IMG/VR virus record: IMGVR_UViG_3300009180_000025
DNA from: an uncultured virus (IMG/VR IMGVR_UViG_3300009180_000025)
Lineage: Duplodnaviria; Heunggongvirae; Uroviricota; Caudoviricetes
Length of the DNA: 64,000 bases
Reading direction: 5' to 3' (one strand)
Shown here: one piece after another, positions 57,187 through 64,000 of the stretch
Position numbering within the stretch: position 1 is the stretch's first letter
Layout: each line of letters begins with the position of its first letter
Notes under the pieces: generated by a model
The model's database searches: none
Seen by the model: the letters and a program-made list of their open reading frames with translations, nothing else
What the model was told of the DNA's origin: nothing
Made by a program: the position numbers and the translations under genes

Positions 57187-57798
57187 TTAGACCTTCAGGA
57201 TTTTCTTGAATTCGCTAGTATGCTTCTTACGATCTTCAAGGCCAATAGTTCCACCATTGATCTTTTTGGTGACCGCCGTAACGTCATCTTTATCAGCTAG
57301 AGCATTAAGACCATTCTTGTGCCAGAACCAGGCTGCTGATTCAATAGCTCCAGATGGAGTTGAGAGATAAGCAACAGCTTCGTCAATATTCACGCCGGAA
57401 TCAGCTGCGAACCCAGAATAATTGCTTTTTCCTGTAAGTTGGATAAGTCCGCGACCGCGAAACTTATAGCCGTCACCAGAAGCAGTATCACCATTACCCA
57501 TTCTCGAGGCGTAAACAACGTTCGCAATTTTTTCAGGCTTTCTAGCATATTCGTTCGGGTCCTTATCTTTGAAGTACTTTGGGAAGATCTTTGTAAGACC
57601 CTCGGCTGAATAGTTAAGATTTTCTTCAATCACACGGAAGCCGCCCGATTCATGTGCAGTCTGAGCAAGAAAGTGAGCAAGACGCAAACCCGAAATATCA
57701 TATTTGCTTTCAAGAGTTTTAAAGCTTTCGACCAGTGCTTTAACAATTTCTGGTTTTGAATTCGGGTAATCGTGCTTGATTTGTTCTTCTGTAAGCAT
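57187..57798 (-). CDS. Glycoside hydrolase family 19 endolysin
   Basis: FLAQTAHESGGF, ENLNYS, FRGRGLIQLTG, INGG..GL.DR. Confidence 0.93.
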   Translation of the reverse strand: MLTEEQIKHDYPNSKPEIVKALVESFKTLESKYDISGLRLAHFLAQTAHESGGFRVIEENLNYSAEGLTKIFPKYFKDKDPNEYARKPEKIANVVYASRMGNGDTASGDGYKFRGRGLIQLTGKSNYSGFAADSGVNIDEAVAYLSTPSGAIESAAWFWHKNGLNALADKDDVTAVTKKINGGTIGLEDRKKHTSEFKKILKV

Positions 57799-57819
57799 AT
57801 TTTTTATCCTTATGACTAA

Positions 57820-58146
57820 TTATCTAGTAACTTGAGGGGTGAGTGTTGCGATACCCTCAACTACACGGGTTACGATACCGGTATTGCTGGTGATCTCGAT
57901 ATCGTAAACGTATCTTCCTGAAGAAAGACTTGTTGTAGAATTCGATGTTAAAGAAATATTTACGTATCCAGTACTATTTCCAGTAGCCGTAAAAGACGTA
58001 CTGTTAGAGGAAGTATAATGCTTCCTAATTTGTCCGGCTACGGTGTATGTTGAAAGATTAATTGCGCTATTACTTGAATCTTTAACGAGAATTGCATTAG
58101 AATAGGTTGAACCCTGATCTATAACAAGATTTAGTTTTATTGACAT
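57820..58146 (-). CDS. Putative virion structural protein
   Basis: LVIDQGS, GRYVYDIEI, RVVEG...TP.VT. Confidence 0.7.
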   Translation of the reverse strand: MSIKLNLVIDQGSTYSNAILVKDSSNSAINLSTYTVAGQIRKHYTSSNSTSFTATGNSTGYVNISLTSNSTTSLSSGRYVYDIEITSNTGIVTRVVEGIATLTPQVTR

Positions 58147-58170
58147 GGTAACCTCAATTTAGTTTCAAAC

Positions 58171-58178
58171 TATTTATA
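58171..58178 (-). promoter_or_regulatory. Late promoter TATAAATA
   Basis: Exact consensus. Confidence 0.75.
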
Positions 58179-58181
58179 TTT

Positions 58182-58871
58182 TCAACTAAAAGCTTCGCTT
58201 CCATCATATTTAGGCCAATAAAGATAAACTTTAATATCGTTCTTTTCATAGTCTTGATAATAAACGTCCATTTCGCCTTTACTATTGACGCTATCGTGAT
58301 TGATGCCTAATGCTCGAGCTAATTCAATACTATTATGAAGTTGCAATACATCATTTTCTTCGATGAATTTCTTAATAGCTTTATTCTGAGAATCAATGTA
58401 TTTTACCATAGAGTCTATATCGCTGTAATAATCATACTTTGGATACGTGATATTAAAGTGGCCACATCTAACCCACCAACCTATGCAAGAATCGGAGTTA
58501 CGATATACTAAAACGATTGGGTCTTTCCAAGTTCTTTTTATGTGATCAAGATGATAAGAGAAGAAGTGGCTCTTTATGATCTTTATACCAACATCATTGG
58601 TAAATGGTTTATGAAATTTAGCTTCAGCTTCTTCTTTTTCAATTGAGTCTAATATATAGAAGTCACTTCCAAATTCCATTCCTGGATCAAAATAAGATCC
58701 GAGGTGCATTAATTGCCGCTTTCCGGAAGCATCATGATAATATCTGCGTTCCATAGAAAAATCGCTTTGATTTATGCTACTACTAAAATAGATATTGCGA
58801 ACCACTGAACTCCATTTAGATCCTGGTGCGCCAGTTACAAAAATATATTTCATTAGAGGACTATATTTCAT
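58182..58871 (-). CDS. P-loop/sulfotransferase-like protein
   Basis: FVTGAPGSKWS, IIKSH, LVYR. Confidence 0.55.
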   Translation of the reverse strand: MKYSPLMKYIFVTGAPGSKWSSVVRNIYFSSSINQSDFSMERRYYHDASGKRQLMHLGSYFDPGMEFGSDFYILDSIEKEEAEAKFHKPFTNDVGIKIIKSHFFSYHLDHIKRTWKDPIVLVYRNSDSCIGWWVRCGHFNITYPKYDYYSDIDSMVKYIDSQNKAIKKFIEENDVLQLHNSIELARALGINHDSVNSKGEMDVYYQDYEKNDIKVYLYWPKYDGSEAFS

Positions 58872-59476
58872 TGCGAGCTTTTCTTCATTACAAATAAGAT
58901 ATTATCAGACTCTTCTGTGTATTCTATAAGTTCATAATCATAAATGTTAACAACGTGTTGTATGAAATCTCTATCCCATTTAAAATACTGAATTAGTTCG
59001 GAGATTGGAAACGTTTCATCGATTCGTGGTTCATTTTTATTATTAACACGCCAAATCTGTAAGCCTCCAGATTGAGTAAGTTTATCTATAGCTTCAATCT
59101 CAGCTAAAATTTTAGGTTTAGGGCCAAAGTTAATAGAGTCTAAAGCTATTAGACAGTCGTATTGACGATCAGGGAAGTTTTCCTGATATTCTATAACATT
59201 CATCTTATAGTCTGCACCATCAATGTAGGGATCAATGCTCGTGAAGCGGCAAGCTAAGAATTCATATTTGAAGTGATTGTGCCCACAGCCGACATCTAGA
59301 ATATTCTTACACCAATTAGTTTCAACTGTGTGCACAATAGAATATTTACTTAAGTCTGGCACGTCTTCAAAATATGTACTAAAGTACTTATCGAGGATGA
59401 GTTCATGAACGTCTTTGGAAAACATCCAAAGAATTTCATCATTTGCTTCTTTAATTAGAGAGAAAACGTTTTCCAT
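58868..59476 (-). CDS. Class I SAM methyltransferase
   Basis: ILDVGCG, SINFG. Confidence 0.75.
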   Translation of the reverse strand: MENVFSLIKEANDEILWMFSKDVHELILDKYFSTYFEDVPDLSKYSIVHTVETNWCKNILDVGCGHNHFKYEFLACRFTSIDPYIDGADYKMNVIEYQENFPDRQYDCLIALDSINFGPKPKILAEIEAIDKLTQSGGLQIWRVNNKNEPRIDETFPISELIQYFKWDRDFIQHVVNIYDYELIEYTEESDNILFVMKKSSQ

Positions 59477-59477
59477 A

Positions 59478-60104
59478 TTAAACCTTCACATTCACATTCG
59501 TAATAACATTTTTACCATCAGAGTTATCGTAATAATATATATCATTCACCGGATCGATCTCTAAAACTTCACATAATTCCATGTTGTTTTTAACTTCAAT
59601 AGTTTTATTCTTTTTGATAAAATCATATATTCCATCGTTGCAGAGATTAATATATTTCTTAGGATCAATAGACTTATAAGATGGATAAGTTATATTTGGA
59701 CCACCTATGTGCATCCACCAATCATAACTTATTTCCATAGGCCTATGGCACATTATTATTGGACACTCAGGCCAAGTCTCTGATAAAAAATCTAATTGAT
59801 ATGAGAAGTCATGGCACTTAATAACCTTTATGCCAGAACTATTGAAAGGAAGATTCATCTCCAGTTCAATCTCATCTTTAGTCATCTCGTATAATTTATC
59901 GAATCTTTTTCCGAATTGTTGATCTGGACCAAAATATACGCCATGATGAAAGCTTTTTTCTATTTGTTTTTCATCATTTACATATGTAAAAGTACGATCA
60001 CTCGAGTAATCGCTATTATCTAGACTCGTACTTTTATATATGCTTGATGCAACTCGGCTCCAGGCAGAACCTGGAGCCCCCGTTATGAATATGTACTTAT
60101 TCAC
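59478..60104 (-). CDS. P-loop/sulfotransferase-like protein (paralog of 58182)
   Basis: FITGAPGSAWS, VIKCH, MCHR. Confidence 0.55.
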   Translation of the reverse strand: MNKYIFITGAPGSAWSRVASSIYKSTSLDNSDYSSDRTFTYVNDEKQIEKSFHHGVYFGPDQQFGKRFDKLYEMTKDEIELEMNLPFNSSGIKVIKCHDFSYQLDFLSETWPECPIIMCHRPMEISYDWWMHIGGPNITYPSYKSIDPKKYINLCNDGIYDFIKKNKTIEVKNNMELCEVLEIDPVNDIYYYDNSDGKNVITNVNVKV

Positions 60105-61570
60105 TTATCGCCATTAAAGTTTGCGTTTTGCAACTTTGTGATTCCAAGAGCCAAAGCGCCTGAACCAAAGACAGCAAGACAAGTTCCAAGTACTGCGATG
60201 TTTGGACCACCGCCGAAGTTTTGACCATAAACATAAGTTGAGAATCCAACCAAGTAAGCAATCAATACGCCCCAGAACATACCAGCTTCATTAACTAACT
60301 TTTCATTCAAAAGACTAAACATCAATGGGAACCACACAGTAGCCCTAAGAATACCAAAGAATAAAAAGATAGTGACTAGAGTCATTCCTGGCCAGTTAGC
60401 CAGAGTCAGACCAGCTGCGATTAAGAATAACATACCAACTCTTCCGATATCGATGCTAGCTTGATCGTCGCCGTGTGGTCTAATCATGTTCTTAACGTCG
60501 TGTCCAAAGATATTACTGACGCTACTAAGTTGTGAGTCAAGCACAGATACGAGGCCCGCGAACAACATAAACAAATACATGATAGCAGCCCATGCTGGCA
60601 ATAGGTTACCAACAGTAAGCACGTTAACATAACCAAGTAATTCTTTAGGAACTTCGTAATGCATACCAGCAGCAAGGAAGCCAAGAATACCAGTCATCAA
60701 TGGTGTTAGAATGAATATGAATGCTCCGCCAACAAATGCTTTAATAACACTGTCTTTCTTTACAGCAAAAGCACGTTGATAGAATGCATTATCACCCCAT
60801 GGTGCGCCCATATGACCAATAGCAGTAGAAAAGCCAAAGCCCATAAACACGCCTAGAGCAAAGTCCGTGCCAAAGATATCACGACCATTACCAGTGATAC
60901 CACCAAGGCCAAGATCAACTACACCCCAACCACCCGCGGCACTGACTGCCCAAGGCATTAATACGCCCAAGCCCAATACCAACACAGACAGTTTGAATAT
61001 TTCGGTTATAACTGATGCTTTTAATCCACCACGCAAAGTATAAGTCAATGCAATAGTTGCTAGAATCAAACTAACAAAGTGATAATCTAATCCAGTCAGA
61101 ACCTGAACCGATTTAGATCCCGCTAATACGTTAATAGCAAAGCTACAAATAGCGAGACTAAATAGTTCTACCATAAACAATGATTGAACACGTTTACCAA
61201 ACTTTTCTTTAAGATAACCTGAAATAGTAAAACCATCGGGTTTCTTATCTCTTAATCTCTTAGCAAACCAACTGAAGAATATAAGACTTAGGAAGTTACC
61301 AATACAGAACCAGAACAATCCGACTAGTCCATTCATATAAGCTTGCTGTGCAGAGATGAACATTCCAGGCGCCCACATCCAAGCAGCACCAGTACTCATA
61401 GCCCCCTGAAGTGCACCTACTTCCCTGCGGGCTACAAAGAAACCCTCTTTACTAGTGGCATAACCTTTAGCAAAAACCCATGTCAATCCAAACACGATAG
61501 CAGCGTAGATTCCTAAAACCATAATGCCGGTGTCGGGAGTAAATAATGGGAAAATTTTAGTTAGATCCAT
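60101..61570 (-). CDS. Sodium:solute symporter family transporter
   Basis: About 13 TM helices; FFVARR, YTLRGGLKASVITE, QRAFA, SVLDSQL. Confidence 0.85.
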   Translation of the reverse strand: MDLTKIFPLFTPDTGIMVLGIYAAIVFGLTWVFAKGYATSKEGFFVARREVGALQGAMSTGAAWMWAPGMFISAQQAYMNGLVGLFWFCIGNFLSLIFFSWFAKRLRDKKPDGFTISGYLKEKFGKRVQSLFMVELFSLAICSFAINVLAGSKSVQVLTGLDYHFVSLILATIALTYTLRGGLKASVITEIFKLSVLVLGLGVLMPWAVSAAGGWGVVDLGLGGITGNGRDIFGTDFALGVFMGFGFSTAIGHMGAPWGDNAFYQRAFAVKKDSVIKAFVGGAFIFILTPLMTGILGFLAAGMHYEVPKELLGYVNVLTVGNLLPAWAAIMYLFMLFAGLVSVLDSQLSSVSNIFGHDVKNMIRPHGDDQASIDIGRVGMLFLIAAGLTLANWPGMTLVTIFLFFGILRATVWFPLMFSLLNEKLVNEAGMFWGVLIAYLVGFSTYVYGQNFGGGPNIAVLGTCLAVFGSGALALGITKLQNANFNGDK

Positions 61571-62291
61571 TGTTTTTCTCCTTAAAATATTTAAATGCAG
61601 CGCGTTGAACCGGAGTTCCTTCCGGCCCAAATCCTTCAGCTATTAACTGATAGAATATTTGTTGTTTAAGTCTCATCTCTTTGATGACTTCAAGATATAA
61701 ATTATAGTCTTTCATAGGCCATCCAAGTATTCTACACATCCTGGACCATAGGTCAGACGCAAATCCGTCTAAGATATCCCCTATGATTAATCTAGTTAAC
61801 CTAGAGTCGATTATAGATGATAGTCCATGACTATCGATGTCAATACGTAATCTTTCAGCTAATTGATCATCGTTATCTACACCTAGCATATCATACCAAC
61901 GATCACGATTCATAGTTGCTTCATTTCGCAAATAACATAATATGTGTTCCTCTGCGCTATCTACATCAATGTAGATTAATCTATCGAAAGGCATCATCCA
62001 ATTTAGTATAGTCTTGATATTGTCATCTAAGTTTTCTGATGGGTTAGAAGGCCAACCAGCATATACGTTAGTATGCCATGGCTTAGTATTATTGCGAGCT
62101 TCTTCAAGTCCCGCCATAAAATCATCTATGCCTTTGACTTTACAGAAACTAGCATAACCGTGACTACTACCATCTGATAATAGTGGATTGTCTATTACAT
62201 CCGTGCGGTGTTTACTAAACCGTTCTATCATCCAGCTGATAAAACTACCATAAGCCCCCGGTGGATATACTACTATAGTAACCTGATTCAT
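61557..62291 (-). CDS. Hypothetical protein (weak P-loop/sulfotransferase-like N-terminus)
   Basis: IVVYPPGAYGSFI. Confidence 0.45.
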   Translation of the reverse strand: MNQVTIVVYPPGAYGSFISWMIERFSKHRTDVIDNPLLSDGSSHGYASFCKVKGIDDFMAGLEEARNNTKPWHTNVYAGWPSNPSENLDDNIKTILNWMMPFDRLIYIDVDSAEEHILCYLRNEATMNRDRWYDMLGVDNDDQLAERLRIDIDSHGLSSIIDSRLTRLIIGDILDGFASDLWSRMCRILGWPMKDYNLYLEVIKEMRLKQQIFYQLIAEGFGPEGTPVQRAAFKYFKEKNNGSN

Positions 62292-63040
62292 ATTTTTACC
62301 ACTAAATTCTTGCCGGTAACATTGTATACTTCATTAAGTAATTCTTTAGTTCTATCTGTTATATAACCCGTGATTTGAAGCATCGGCCTATCCCACCATC
62401 CCATATTAGCGGTGCTGTGTGGCATGTCTTTCCATTCCCAAGTAATGCAGTCGCCAGCTTTCCATTGAGTAAAGTTTGCATTACCAATCTGAAAGATCTG
62501 CCCAAGTTCCCAGTCAGCTAACATGACTACAAACCTTCGCATAATGTTTGGATTCTTATCGATGTCAATTTCTTTGAAACTGTTTTCGCGCTCGGGTCGA
62601 GCTGCAAAGTTATCTATATGTGTATGAAGCATCTGACCTGTAGTCTGATTATGAAACTTAATCATGGGTTCATCAATTCCAAGATACTCAGCAATCTTTT
62701 GAAAGATCTCAATATCTTCAGCAGCTGTTCGATGAAATACTTCTTGTTTTGGATCTGCACCAGCTTTGATTAGATCTTTCTCTTCAACGCTCGCAGAATA
62801 CAAACCCTCTTCAGCTATCTTTTCATTGAAATTATTTCGACTACTCCAATTGCTTGCTTTTGCTCGAGGCATGCACTTTGAAATAGCGTCAGTGAAGTCG
62901 GAATTAAATCTACAGACATACGTATAACTATCGGTGCCTGGAACTGGTGGTTTACTAGGATCAAAATGCCAGCTGCTCTGCTTCTTAGTAAATTCCCAGC
63001 GACTATCGCCCCAATCTTGATATTCTGTCATTTTTTTCAT
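62288..63040 (-). CDS. 2OG-Fe(II) oxygenase/cupin-like protein
   Basis: HID ... PHSTAN...R..LQITG facial-triad pattern. Confidence 0.65.
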   Translation of the reverse strand: MKKMTEYQDWGDSRWEFTKKQSSWHFDPSKPPVPGTDSYTYVCRFNSDFTDAISKCMPRAKASNWSSRNNFNEKIAEEGLYSASVEEKDLIKAGADPKQEVFHRTAAEDIEIFQKIAEYLGIDEPMIKFHNQTTGQMLHTHIDNFAARPERENSFKEIDIDKNPNIMRRFVVMLADWELGQIFQIGNANFTQWKAGDCITWEWKDMPHSTANMGWWDRPMLQITGYITDRTKELLNEVYNVTGKNLVVKI

Positions 63041-63102
63041 CCTCTAAAGAAAAATTCCTTACTAATCTATATATATAACTAGTAGGGAAAAAAATATCTT
63101 AA

Positions 63103-63852
63103 ATGGGAATTTTTATTGTGAATCGTAAAATATTTAACTTTGTATTTAAAAATTTAAAAGAGTGCTTTAATCTTCCAAAATACGCGCAAGCTCGTGAAAG
63201 CATTAGTGTGAATACTATGGTACTATCGCTTCCATGGACTCCAAAGAAACTTGAGAAGTTTATAGCTTTATTGAATGATACATTCGATGTTGATATTAAC
63301 ATTGATCTATCAGTTTCTATGCTCGTGGCTGACATTGACACCAAGTATAGTTCTAGATTCTGGGGAGGAATATGGCAGCCAAGGACTGAGGTGTATCAAT
63401 ACACTGGATGGAATATCGTAGATAGAATTAATAATTCGAATCCTAAAGCCGTACTTGACGTTGGTTGTGGTTTTAATCAGTTTAAAGCCAGAATCCAGAA
63501 TCTTATAGGCATCGATGCATTCAATAATTCAGCCGACTTCATGGTTGATATTCTAGACTATAACGTTCCCAATGAATCATACGATTATGTTATTGTTTTT
63601 GGCAGTATTAACTTTGGTGAATTTAGCGATATTAACGACAAGTTCAAGAAAGTTGTAGACTTGACTATGCCGGGTGGTACTATCTATGTTAGAGCTAATC
63701 CTGGAGAAATTCATAAGAATGGTCAGTGGGTTGATATCTATCCATGGGACTTTGAGACTGCGTATAACATAGCAGTTCTTCATAATTGTAAACTAGAGTC
63801 ATTTAAGAAAGATAATGGAAATAGACTTTACTTTGAGTTGATTAAAAAATAA
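63103..63852 (+). CDS. SAM methyltransferase with a small N-terminal helical domain
   Basis: VLDVGCG, GSINFG, GGTIYVR; paralog of 58868. Confidence 0.75.
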   Translation: MGIFIVNRKIFNFVFKNLKECFNLPKYAQARESISVNTMVLSLPWTPKKLEKFIALLNDTFDVDINIDLSVSMLVADIDTKYSSRFWGGIWQPRTEVYQYTGWNIVDRINNSNPKAVLDVGCGFNQFKARIQNLIGIDAFNNSADFMVDILDYNVPNESYDYVIVFGSINFGEFSDINDKFKKVVDLTMPGGTIYVRANPGEIHKNGQWVDIYPWDFETAYNIAVLHNCKLESFKKDNGNRLYFELIKK

Positions 63853-64000
63853 TGAAACTCATAGTATTATTTGGTCCACAAGGATCTGGCAATCATCTAT
63901 TCAGTAAAATCTTTAGTATGCATCCGGAAGTTCACGGGTGGAAAGACGCGCTTAAACCCGATGGATACTTTATCCCTCACTACAAAGAGCCTTTCAACTA
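63852..64000 (+). CDS. Partial P-loop/sulfotransferase-like protein
   Basis: MKLIVLFGPQGSGNHLFSKIF...HP; TAATG coupling. Confidence 0.6.
   Translation, partial: MKLIVLFGPQGSGNHLFSKIFSMHPEVHGWKDALKPDGYFIPHYKEPFN

Noticed and set aside
63103..63340. Acyl carrier protein domain at the methyltransferase N-terminus
   Set aside because: The size and helical pattern are suggestive, but the DSL phosphopantetheine serine motif is absent.
2307..63783. Many short antisense or alternate-frame ORFs in the track
   Set aside because: They lie inside well-supported genes and lack SD sequences or recognisable motifs.
1..64000. Stop-codon reassignment, inteins or introns in core genes
   Set aside because: Core genes are uninterrupted and of expected length in the standard code, and no suppressor tRNA is seen.

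Overview
This window is a 64-kb segment of a large T4-like myovirus genome, coded almost entirely on the minus strand. From left to right it holds a tRNA cluster with an embedded HNH gene, the replication/recombination core (gp41, UvsX, gp43, RegA, gp62/44/45, gp46/47, gp55, UvsW/Y), and the head-tail morphogenesis module (gp3, gp23-20, gp19-13, PAAR, GH19 endolysin). A DUF1127 gene and an IbpA-type Hsp20 suggest an alphaproteobacterial host (inference). The most notable accessory content is: (i) a cytosine-hypermodification locus with a gp42-like dCMP hydroxymethylase and a T4-type alpha-glucosyltransferase, plus a C5-methyltransferase-fold enzyme with altered SAM motifs and a second glycosyltransferase; (ii) a divergent enzyme/transporter island at the right end (sodium:solute symporter, duplicated P-loop/sulfotransferase-like and methyltransferase genes, 2OG-Fe oxygenase-like gene); (iii) a 1043-aa modular putative capsid polyprotein; (iv) a ROSE-like RNA thermometer ahead of hsp20; (v) an HNH cassette that appears to have rebuilt the 5' end of tRNA-Trp; (vi) repeated early-promoter/leader cassettes; and (vii) an orphan antisense promoter downstream of gp23. 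All family calls come from motif recognition by eye; no database searches were run.
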